Virus record (IMG/VR): IMGVR_UViG_3300027808_000061
Coordinates: 1 to 41,111 of that record
Direction: 5' to 3' (one strand)
Source: a virus
Lineage: Duplodnaviria; Caudoviricetes
DNA length: 41,111 nt
The notes under the pieces are model-generated. The model was given only the letters and a program-made list of their open reading frames with translations, was not told where the DNA came from and ran no database searches. A program made the position numbers and the translations under genes. Shown in pieces: positions 7,358 through 14,947 of the stretch; positions within the stretch are counted from its first letter, which is position 1, and each line of letters opens with the position of its first letter.

Positions 7358-7715
7358 GGTCTTCTACTTTCTTGTTAGCCTTGACTTCATCAGCCCTTGA
7401 TACTGCTGACCACTTGTTCTCGCCAAGAGCGATAAGGATCAGCGCGTAGTTGGAGATGTCGATCAACGCATCACGGACACCAGCGTTGAACCAATCTTTG
7501 CTTACTTCTGGGACACCAGACTTGATGGTTCCATTGAGCGACGTGGCAATGCGTCCGCACTTGTCTAATGCCAGTCGTGAGAACACACCGTATGGTCCAA
7601 GACCTTCGATGTTTGCTGGTCCGTATCCTTCTTGTCGCTCGACGAGGATGTTGAATGCTTCTTCGGACAACCCACTGAAGTAATCAGAGAACTCTTTCGG
7701 TACTTTCCTTGTCAT
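7266..7715 (-). CDS. DUF1599 / nucleotide-modification-associated domain 1-like all-alpha protein
   Basis: GGAGGAG RBS before ATG 7715; RQEGYGPANI...G...R..DK..R...DALIDISNYALI pattern. Confidence 0.65.
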   Translation of the reverse strand: MTRKVPKEFSDYFSGLSEEAFNILVERQEGYGPANIEGLGPYGVFSRLALDKCGRIATSLNGTIKSGVPEVSKDWFNAGVRDALIDISNYALILIALGENKWSAVSRADEVKANKKVEDRGRFTDRKVQTNNNHRQNELAELRDKGADY

Positions 7716-7899
7716 AGATCTCCTCCAATCTGTCTGCTGTCTCATCCTTAACTACAACGTTCGCCATCATGAACCGTGTTTCGCAGTTGGTACACTCCCA
7801 CAATCGTAGTGAGAGCCTATCTGTAAGCAACCTGTATGGCTTACGTGTCGCCTTAATGTTTAGGGACTTGCACCTAGGGCATGGAATGCCCGTCATCAT
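7684..7899 (-). CDS. Zn-ribbon protein (NrdR-N/Ogr-like), possible transcription regulator
   Basis: CPRCKS ... RLWECTNCETRF. Confidence 0.6.
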   Translation of the reverse strand: MMTGIPCPRCKSLNIKATRKPYRLLTDRLSLRLWECTNCETRFMMANVVVKDETADRLEEIYDKESTERVL

Positions 7900-8102
7900 G
7901 CAGGCTGGTCTGCGGCGATGAGGATAAGCGTCGCAGCTCCCAGAGAGCCCCACGGTAGGGGAGCAAGGGCTACCAGAAGCCCCGCAAATGCCAGTAGGAG
8001 GGCCGTACGCGAACGCTTGGTTGCCACTGGGGTCTTGATAGCCCTGACCACCTTCTCGAGGGCGGAGGGATTGATTTCCTGATCTTCAGGGTTAGTCGCC
8101 AA
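7896..8102 (-). CDS. small two-TM membrane protein
   Basis: GGAGGT RBS before TTG 8102; C-terminal hydrophobic hairpin. Confidence 0.6.
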   Translation of the reverse strand: MATNPEDQEINPSALEKVVRAIKTPVATKRSRTALLLAFAGLLVALAPLPWGSLGAATLILIAADQPA

Positions 8103-8298
8103 CTGATACCTCCCCGACCAACTTGGTCGCCTCTTGTGCAGCGCATGTCGACTGCGTGATCCTTGCCGCATCTTTGAACTGTTCAGGAAGTTCTCCTGAC
8201 TTTTCTTCTAGTGCAGCATAGATGTAGTTGAATGCCTTAGTCCACGCCAGCAACCCTCCCTCGATTGTTGGCTTCTTCTTTGCGTACGGTACGCTCAT
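8092..8298 (-). CDS. hypothetical protein
   Basis: ATGA overlap with rmlC stop. Confidence 0.65.
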   Translation of the reverse strand: MSVPYAKKKPTIEGGLLAWTKAFNYIYAALEEKSGELPEQFKDAARITQSTCAAQEATKLVGEVSVGD

Positions 8299-8834
8299 GA
8301 TGCGCCTTCAATCCACTGAGCAAGGACTTCCTTGTCCGCGCTGGCCGACGTAAGGTCCTTGTCTGAAATGATTGTTGCGTTATACTTCTCTACTAGTTCC
8401 TCTACCTTTGGGAACGAACGATAGTTCACTGCCACTTCGCTCTTGCCGTTGTACTTTGTCGAGCAGAAGTATGTGACTGTCGAATCCTCAAGTGCGATGA
8501 ACCCTCGAGCCCACCACCATGGGGCGTAGAACAACTTACCGTCCCCAGCCTGCAACTCTTCGGAGATGACTTCACCAAACAGCTTTGACTTTGGGTCGAT
8601 GTTCACAGCAAAGATGATCGCCTTGCCAGACGACACGTACATTGCCTTGTCCATGAACAACTGGGCATGGAGTCCACGGAATACCCCAGCGATAGACCAC
8701 GAGGCGTTAACCTGGCGGATCTCAAACCCAGGGATTGTATTATATGGGTCCTTGATGACCTCGGAGAAGTATCCTCTGCTGTCTTGAAATACTCCGCCGT
8801 TTAGAACTCGCGGTTCAAGAGACACGTTCATCAT
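8295..8834 (-). CDS. rmlC: dTDP-4-dehydrorhamnose 3,5-epimerase (cupin)
   Basis: FQDSRGYF, QVNASWS..GVFRGLHAQ..K, YAPWWWARGF.AL, VTYFCS; GGAGGA RBS. Confidence 0.9.
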   Translation of the reverse strand: MMNVSLEPRVLNGGVFQDSRGYFSEVIKDPYNTIPGFEIRQVNASWSIAGVFRGLHAQLFMDKAMYVSSGKAIIFAVNIDPKSKLFGEVISEELQAGDGKLFYAPWWWARGFIALEDSTVTYFCSTKYNGKSEVAVNYRSFPKVEELVEKYNATIISDKDLTSASADKEVLAQWIEGAS

Positions 8835-9141
8835 TAATGTATTCCTCCAAATCAAATGTTATCATGTACCTTCGCTTGGTTCCCGAGCCTTCAGTGCTTA
8901 CATGCACTGCCCCCCTCAATCGATCTGCTCGGTATTCAATCGACTGGATGAGGTCCCAGATTCTTTCTGGGAATGTCCCGCCACTTTTAATCTGTAGCTG
9001 GAGGTGGTCATTCTCTACATCGACCTTGCCCCCAAACATACCCACGCGCTTTCCATCGATCATCTTGCCCACCGACAACTCGATGGAATTCCCACGCTTG
9101 CGATTGTTCTTCCCCCTACGGGAACGATCAGCGTCAGGCAC
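8815..9141 (-). CDS. Holliday junction resolvase-like PD-(D/E)XK nuclease
   Basis: GKNNRKRGNSIE...KVDV...LQIKSG pattern. Confidence 0.6.
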   Translation of the reverse strand: MPDADRSRRGKNNRKRGNSIELSVGKMIDGKRVGMFGGKVDVENDHLQLQIKSGGTFPERIWDLIQSIEYRADRLRGAVHVSTEGSGTKRRYMITFDLEEYINDERVS

Positions 9142-9409
9142 GAAGTATCAAATACACTGGGGTGCTTTCCCCAACGTATGCTCCGACAACGTTGAAGTCA
9201 AAGAACTCCAACGCCTCATCGTACTCCATGCCATCACGCTCGATCAGGATCTTCAGGCATTTATCGTAATCATAGATTGCAACTGGGTAACTAAACCTTT
9301 GCCCGTATCCGATGAGCGCATCCTCAAACCCGTCGGCAAGCAATGCCCCATTAAACTGTTCAAGCATATCATTGCGCTCTTCGATTGCAATGTCTTTCAT
9401 CTTAGCCAT
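9134..9409 (-). CDS. conserved phage hypothetical protein
   Basis: LADGFEDALIG...AIYD..K...L...DGM..DEA.EFFDFNV.GAYVGE.TP motif, which I recognise from aquatic phages; GGAGGG RBS. Confidence 0.85.
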   Translation of the reverse strand: MAKMKDIAIEERNDMLEQFNGALLADGFEDALIGYGQRFSYPVAIYDYDKCLKILIERDGMEYDEALEFFDFNVVGAYVGESTPVYLILRA

Positions 9410-9605
9410 TCTTACCCTCCGTTCCAATGCACTTCCTGTGTACCCAATGCCACTCGGTGCTCCGTCGTGGTCCGTTAAACTCGATGGACTGCAACTTGTA
9501 CGAGTCTGCTTGCTTCTCTATCGCCAACGCACACTTAACGCATGGTCGGTTCTCCCATTTGGGAGCTTTGCGATCTCCTTTACCAGCCTTAACTGCAGGA
9601 CTCAT
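9402..9605 (-). CDS. small Zn-binding protein
   Basis: CVKC ... WHWVHRKC. Confidence 0.65.
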   Translation of the reverse strand: MSPAVKAGKGDRKAPKWENRPCVKCALAIEKQADSYKLQSIEFNGPRRSTEWHWVHRKCIGTEGKNG

Positions 9606-9814
9606 ATAAGCGACCCCTTCTGGTAGTTGCTAATTGCTACACTGTTCATAGGGTTATCGATGTACTCGCGCACTGCATTCAGCAGGACGCGGACTGGGTG
9701 TTCGCACCAGCGGCAGCCCTCGCTCTTGCGATCACACCCAGCCGCAGTAGTCTTCGCCATTCGGTCCAGCGCACAGCGCGAGGCTTCGACCGCATCATAT
9801 GGCGACTCGATCAC
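9602..9814 (-). CDS. small Cys-containing hypothetical protein
   Basis: GTGA overlap with AAGGA RBS. Confidence 0.6.
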   Translation of the reverse strand: MIESPYDAVEASRCALDRMAKTTAAGCDRKSEGCRWCEHPVRVLLNAVREYIDNPMNSVAISNYQKGSLI

Positions 9815-10203
9815 TCCTTATTGCCTCGCTGGGCCATCGGTCCCCAGACGCAGCGCGAGATCTCTCGAAGGGTAAAGTCGGCATAGTTCTTCCCGTTGAC
9901 CTCGATGGTCTTGCCCCACTTACCAATCGCAACAGCGTCAGAACGAGGATCTCCCTCTGGCTTCTGCGTGTTCGCCCACTCGCGGATCTTATGAACGTGA
10001 TCCCACGAAGGCTCGTCGAATGATGTGAACGTCACGTACAGGTATCGGTTGGCTGGCTTCTCAGTCTTCTTGCCGCTGTCAACCCACAACTGATACTCGT
10101 ATGAGTTCATCGATCCCTTAAACGAAAGGATCTTTACGCCCGATGGAAGTGTCTTAACCTCTGGCTCAAACTTGTCGCTGAACCAGAACAGAATCGTCTC
10201 CAT
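9811..10203 (-). CDS. hypothetical protein, possibly SSB-like
   Basis: TAATG-coupled to ERF; beta-rich pattern. SSB is inferred from position only. Confidence 0.5.
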   Translation of the reverse strand: METILFWFSDKFEPEVKTLPSGVKILSFKGSMNSYEYQLWVDSGKKTEKPANRYLYVTFTSFDEPSWDHVHKIREWANTQKPEGDPRSDAVAIGKWGKTIEVNGKNYADFTLREISRCVWGPMAQRGNKE

Positions 10204-10709
10204 TAGAAATCTACCTCCTCAAGTGATGCGCTCTTTGTCGCTGGCTTTGCCGCAGTCTTGACGGTATCCCCGAAGATCCGCTCCGCAGCCTTTGCTACGT
10301 TGGCATCCCCGCTATCATTCTCTGGGTCATCCCCCGTTGGGATAAGGAACGCTGTGAGTAGCGCATACTTCAAGGCACCAGTCGATGACTTGTAGACATG
10401 CTTGTCCCCACTGTCGGCTCCCGACCCAAGCGTCTGGATGTCAAGGCTCTCGCCAGTATCGCCGTCAATGAAGCGCCACGTGTATCGTGCCGTCATGATG
10501 GTCTGCTTGCCGCTTGGCGTAGTACCCTCAGAGATCACATCGACCGCTGCTGGGATCATGATGACGTTCAACTCACCAAGTGCGGTACGCACCTTGTCGG
10601 CAACGTCGGATGCCATCACGTACTTGTACCCTTGGGCAGAGTTTGTTCCACCCTTCTGGACATAGCCAACCTTAGCCATGACCTGAGAAAGCTTTGCTGC
10701 TAACTTCAT
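10203..10709 (-). CDS. erf: ERF-family single-strand annealing protein
   Basis: VQKGGTN..QGYKY, GSGADSGDK..YKS.TGALKYAL...F.IPTGDDPE; acidic tail ending in F. Confidence 0.9.
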   Translation of the reverse strand: MKLAAKLSQVMAKVGYVQKGGTNSAQGYKYVMASDVADKVRTALGELNVIMIPAAVDVISEGTTPSGKQTIMTARYTWRFIDGDTGESLDIQTLGSGADSGDKHVYKSSTGALKYALLTAFLIPTGDDPENDSGDANVAKAAERIFGDTVKTAAKPATKSASLEEVDF

Positions 10710-11383
10710 CGGCTGCTCCTACATGCTGTCTTCCACCTACAATACGAGCATGGGTACTTCAACTCACCCTTAGGTGACTTCGCCCATGCGTCAGGGATTC
10801 GAGGTGGTATCCGATCCCCGTAATAGTTCAGCACTCCAATCGTTCTGAGTGCTCGATCCTTCCACTCGGGAGGGATGATGTATTCGTCAATTGAGAACGT
10901 GTCCTTTTCGATGTACACGACCCTGACATCATCCACTGGCGTGCCAAGATGATCCAGCACCGCCGCATAAGACGACGATTGGATCATGTGCTCCCGCTTT
11001 GGCTCACCCTTCCGAAACTTGCGAGCAAACGACGACTCTGTCTTGAACTCAAGCACAGATCGCTTGCCATCCTTCCATTCGACAACCGCATCGATGTTGC
11101 CAGCAAAGTTCCATTCTGGAACCTCCACCGGAACTTCGGGATCAATCTTGACAAGCTCCCCCGACTCCTTCAGGATGTCGACGATCACTTCGCCAAGTAC
11201 GTTGCCTACCTTGAAGATGCCAAACAACTTGTCTTCGAATGGCTCTGTCTCTGGTACGCTATTCGCATCGTACCAATGGGCGCGGACGCAACCGCCAAGC
11301 AAAGAGCCCCGCCACTTCTGCTTAGAAGGACGAGGCTCACGCTTAACTAGTTGAGCCTCTATCACGTTCTTTACGCTTCCCAT
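10706..11383 (-). CDS. Cas4-like / PD-(D/E)XK exonuclease
   Basis: GGCVRAHWY, GNIDAV, LEFKT, Q..SY, CSYCRWKTAC (Fe-S/Zn ligands); start at 11383 supported by a leaderless promoter. Confidence 0.85.
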   Translation of the reverse strand: MGSVKNVIEAQLVKREPRPSKQKWRGSLLGGCVRAHWYDANSVPETEPFEDKLFGIFKVGNVLGEVIVDILKESGELVKIDPEVPVEVPEWNFAGNIDAVVEWKDGKRSVLEFKTESSFARKFRKGEPKREHMIQSSSYAAVLDHLGTPVDDVRVVYIEKDTFSIDEYIIPPEWKDRALRTIGVLNYYGDRIPPRIPDAWAKSPKGELKYPCSYCRWKTACRSSR

Positions 11384-11389
11384 AGGGGG

Positions 11390-11419
11390 AGTATAGGCTC
11401 TTAGTTTGCTGTTTGTCAA
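11390..11419 (-). promoter_or_regulatory. promoter producing a leaderless mRNA for the recombination operon
   Basis: TTGACA (11419-11414), 18 bp, TATACT (11395-11390), 6 nt, ATG (11383); no SD. Confidence 0.75.
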
Positions 11420-11422
11420 ATG

Positions 11423-12397
11423 CTAGAGTTTGCCGTAGTGCTCCATAACTTCCTTGATGCGCTGGATGCGCGTCGGGTACGCATCGCCACGACGCTTGGC
11501 TTCCTGATACACCTTGTCGATTGCCTTCTGGTCATTGAGCGTGATGAACGTATGCCCATCACCAATTGTTTCGCGCATACGCGCAGTGTCAAGCCAGTAG
11601 TCTCGAGCGTCGAGGTTCGACTCTGGGCATGGGACGAGCGACGAATCGGTTGCGCGAGCAACCTTCTCTGCAATCTCTAACACCGTTGTATTCTCAGCGG
11701 CGCAGTTTACCACGCCCCTGTAGTTCGTCACCGCAGCGGCAACAAGCATGTCCGCAGCGTCTTCGACATGGAGCAGGGGACGACGAGCATTCTGCGCTGG
11801 TGCGATCTCCCTGCTCTTTGCCGCCTGCCAACAGAACGCATTGACCACAAGGTCGCGTCGGATGTTTGGACTGAATCCCCATAGCGTACCGAACCGTAGC
11901 GACATCCAGTTGAACTCGCCTTCGGTCTTGTCCGCGTCGAGAAGATGCTTGTCGATGTCGAGCTTTCCCTGTGCGTATGGCGTTAGCGGGTTGGGAGCGT
12001 CAGTCTCTTTAGAGGTTTCCCCATGCGGGGTTGCCCCGTATACCGACGCTGACGATGCAACGACATGTCGAGCAAGTGGGTAGTAGTGGATCAGACGTGC
12101 TGTCCCAAAGAAGTTGATCCTTCTCGTTGCGGTATTATCAATCTCTGACAGTGGGTCATTTGATAGCCCAGCAAGGTGGATGACGACATCGATCTTGGAC
12201 GGCAAGGAGAAGGTCCCAAGGTCCCTTAGGTCAGCAAACAACTGCGCATCCGGCAAGGAGTGAAGCGCCCTCTCGGAGTCGAACGTAGGAAGATACCACC
12301 CCGTGTCAAGGCCTACCGTCTCAATGCGCTTATCCTTTAGCCTGGCAACAACCAGCGGACCAACAAACCCAAGGTTACCCGTGACTAGTACTCTCAT
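11423..12397 (-). CDS. NAD-dependent nucleotide-sugar epimerase/dehydratase (extended SDR)
   Basis: VLVTGNLGFVG, HLAGLSNDP, ASSASVYG, YAQGK (YxxxK), LRFGTLWG, RPLLHVEDAA. Confidence 0.92.
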   Translation of the reverse strand: MRVLVTGNLGFVGPLVVARLKDKRIETVGLDTGWYLPTFDSERALHSLPDAQLFADLRDLGTFSLPSKIDVVIHLAGLSNDPLSEIDNTATRRINFFGTARLIHYYPLARHVVASSASVYGATPHGETSKETDAPNPLTPYAQGKLDIDKHLLDADKTEGEFNWMSLRFGTLWGFSPNIRRDLVVNAFCWQAAKSREIAPAQNARRPLLHVEDAADMLVAAAVTNYRGVVNCAAENTTVLEIAEKVARATDSSLVPCPESNLDARDYWLDTARMRETIGDGHTFITLNDQKAIDKVYQEAKRRGDAYPTRIQRIKEVMEHYGKL

Positions 12398-13188
12398 GAT
12401 GGGTTCCTCAGATAGTCAACCATCGCCTCAGCCCAGTGCCGCATCTTAGGAAGCTTTGTGTTGACGAGGTTGCCCCACATCGGACGAGTGGTATCCTTGC
12501 GAGTGACGGGCATGACCTTCGACTTGTTCCTTACCTGTTCGCGGACAAACTTAGCAAGAAGCGCCCAGTCGGTCGTTCCCTCGTTGACGACGTGGAAGAC
12601 TCCAGTCGATTTCCCTAGCGCCAAGTTAACGATTGCAACAGCAGCATCTGGCATGTAGGTTGGCTTGAAGTGCTGGTCGACTGGCAGTTCAAGGTTCTTA
12701 AATGACGAGGAGACAAAGTCAGGGAACGATGGCTTGAATGGTGACTTGCGTGGACCAAACGGACTGCTGATCCGAGCTACCGCGCCACCGTGTTCGAGTA
12801 CCTTGCGCTCACCTCGCCACTTCGAGTCCCCGTAGACTGACAGCGCACCCTTAGTCGGTTCGTCCTCATGCAGCATGCGGTTCTCTTTGTTTAGATCGTA
12901 GACGTAGTCGGTGCTAAGGTAGATCTGATGGAAGCCAGCAATCGACACCGCCTCTGGCAGATAGACGTTTGCTTCCATTGCGGTACCAGGTCGCTCCTCA
13001 CACAGAACAATATCCCGCTGTGCCGCGCAGTTAATGACAGACACTGGGTCCGCATCCTTGATTAGGCTGACCAACTCTTCTCGGTCGGCATAGTCTTTCC
13101 TACTCAGTACAACAAACTTCTCTTTGCGCTTCTTTAGCTCATCCTGAATGTGCTGTGATGCTTGCCCACTTCCAAGAATAACAATCAC
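12394..13188 (-). CDS. rmlD: dTDP-4-dehydrorhamnose reductase-like SDR
   Basis: VINCAA, CEE.P..A...N, LSTDYVYD, YGDSKWRGE, DQ..KPTY..D; degenerate Gly-rich loop. Confidence 0.8.
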   Translation of the reverse strand: MIVILGSGQASQHIQDELKKRKEKFVVLSRKDYADREELVSLIKDADPVSVINCAAQRDIVLCEERPGTAMEANVYLPEAVSIAGFHQIYLSTDYVYDLNKENRMLHEDEPTKGALSVYGDSKWRGERKVLEHGGAVARISSPFGPRKSPFKPSFPDFVSSSFKNLELPVDQHFKPTYMPDAAVAIVNLALGKSTGVFHVVNEGTTDWALLAKFVREQVRNKSKVMPVTRKDTTRPMWGNLVNTKLPKMRHWAEAMVDYLRNPS

Positions 13189-13577
13189 TTCTTCACTCCA
13201 GTCTTTCCGTGGCTGAACTCTACGCCCTTGCGAGCAATGAGCCAGTCAACAATCTCTTTCCAATTGTTCTCATACTTAATCGCCTTGTCATCGACGTACG
13301 CTATCGCAGCAGGCTTCCCGTAGCCAGTGTGGATCTTGTGATATGGGATATGATGCTTATGCAGCCACTCCGCCATCCACTGAGTCTTCTCGCCTCGGTC
13401 GACAAAGCCCTCCCATGCTCGGGCAGAATGGACGACGATGATGTAGCCCTGTTGCCAAAGCTTTGACATCGCCTCCTTTGCGCCCTTGGTTGGGATGATC
13501 TCCCCCATCACTTCAATGGCAAGTGTGTCATCAAAGTCGATGGCAACTTGCCGAGAGATCAGCTCGTCGATGTTCAC
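13185..13577 (-). CDS. HAD-superfamily phosphatase (capless)
   Basis: AIDFDDTL, VVHSAR, GKP.A..YVDDKA; GTGA overlap gives start 13577. Confidence 0.85.
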   Translation of the reverse strand: MNIDELISRQVAIDFDDTLAIEVMGEIIPTKGAKEAMSKLWQQGYIIVVHSARAWEGFVDRGEKTQWMAEWLHKHHIPYHKIHTGYGKPAAIAYVDDKAIKYENNWKEIVDWLIARKGVEFSHGKTGVKK

Positions 13578-14692
13578 TTGGATGCGTACCGACGACCGCG
13601 CCACACCAGTTCGCTTCCCGTCCACGACGCGAAGTCTGGCTGCCACTCACCAGCGTTGTTGCCCCATAGCTCAATGACAGCAAAGCCAGCCGACCATCGG
13701 CTGACCTGATGCTGGGCAAGGTAGCCTAGGTCAGTGCGGGTACACATCATCCCCGTAGAGATAGCGGCAATGCGCTTCTCTGGAAGGTCAGCAAACCCAC
13801 CGATTGTCCTAAACGAAATGCCCTGAGAATGGTCATGACCTCCGACAACAGAAACTCCCGCTGCGTCTGCAATGGGGATTATCGAAGCCCCACCGCCAGC
13901 CGTGCGGGAGTAAGTTCCATGTGTTGCAATAAGATCTTCTGTAATCTTGTAATAAGATCGGAAATGATCTGGTCCAGTAAACGCTGCGTTCTGATCTACG
14001 CATGCTACGATGTTAAGAGAGTCAAACCGCAAAAGACTTGAAAGAGATAGCATCTCCGCCCCGCTTGCGTCCGTTAACCCAACCAACTCTGGTGCCTTCT
14101 TGGCTAACCACTTGGACAGTCGTGCCTCGTGATTCCCGTAAATGAAATAGATCTCAGTGTCCGGACCAGTCGCTGCTCGAATCTCAGCTAATCGTCGATG
14201 CGCGTGTGCCAACTCATCTTGGACTGGTAGTCCGAGACGAGGGTCCCTATCGTATGACGACACGGATGTCAGGTCTACAATGTCCCCAGTTAGCACGATG
14301 CGGTCTGGTCGTTCTACGGCAATGAATGTAAGGAATGAAGCAAAGACATCTCCGTCCTCAAATGGGAATTGGAAATCTCCTACGCACACGACTATCTCGC
14401 CACGAGAAGAGGAGAGTGGAGCCCCTACCCGTGGGAGATAGTCTAATATCACTGGATCAACCTGCCTTACGAAGTGTGGAACTCTACTTCCTAAGGAAGT
14501 ATTATATTTATCTAAGTTAGAATCATCTACTTCTTTAGCAAGAATTCCTTGATTGTAAAGATCTCTGGCAATCCTGTCAAGCCTCATGTATCGCTTTTGA
14601 GCAACGTCCTTGGTGATTCCAAGCTTGGCGCCAATCTGCGAAAAAGACATCCCGTCTTGACGTAGTTTAACAATGTCGTCCACATAGGACAT
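13574..14692 (-). CDS. calcineurin-like metallophosphoesterase with N-terminal HTH
   Basis: HTH LRQDGMSFSQIGAKLGITKDVAQKRY; GDFQ, LTGDIVD, GNHE, THG, GHDH. Confidence 0.88.
   Translation of the reverse strand: MSYVDDIVKLRQDGMSFSQIGAKLGITKDVAQKRYMRLDRIARDLYNQGILAKEVDDSNLDKYNTSLGSRVPHFVRQVDPVILDYLPRVGAPLSSSRGEIVVCVGDFQFPFEDGDVFASFLTFIAVERPDRIVLTGDIVDLTSVSSYDRDPRLGLPVQDELAHAHRRLAEIRAATGPDTEIYFIYGNHEARLSKWLAKKAPELVGLTDASGAEMLSLSSLLRFDSLNIVACVDQNAAFTGPDHFRSYYKITEDLIATHGTYSRTAGGGASIIPIADAAGVSVVGGHDHSQGISFRTIGGFADLPEKRIAAISTGMMCTRTDLGYLAQHQVSRWSAGFAVIELWGNNAGEWQPDFASWTGSELVWRGRRYASK
14552..14580 (-). promoter_or_regulatory. intragenic sigma70-type promoter
   Basis: TTGACA (14580-14575), 17 bp, TACAAT (14557-14552), in the AT-rich linker between the HTH and phosphoesterase domains. 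Confidence 0.6.
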
Positions 14693-14701
14693 AATGCCTC
14701 C

Positions 14702-14947
14702 CTAGTTAGCAACCCCAAAGACCTTCAAGGCTACGGTAATCATTGTACCGATTGCGCTTACAGCGATCCCTAACTTCCATCGTAACGATAAAGCGTGATT
14801 TTGTCTAGTATCATCTATTGCTTCTAGGCGGTGCTGAAATGTTTCAACCTCCCGCAGGCGTTCTTCTATGCTGTCAAGTTTTGCAGATAGATCGGAACGA
14901 ACTCCGTCAATTGCCTCAAGGAGAGAATGAAAGTGGGAGGATGTCAT
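14702..14947 (-). CDS. coiled-coil plus C-terminal TM protein (XhlA/holin-like)
   Basis: Heptad pattern followed by WKLGIAVSAIGTMITVALKVFG; directly after the tail genes. Confidence 0.65.
   Translation of the reverse strand: MTSSHFHSLLEAIDGVRSDLSAKLDSIEERLREVETFQHRLEAIDDTRQNHALSLRWKLGIAVSAIGTMITVALKVFGVAN

Noticed and set aside
10706-11383. Cas4 as part of a CRISPR system
   Set aside because: No array or other cas genes; next to ERF, which is a standard phage recombination pair.
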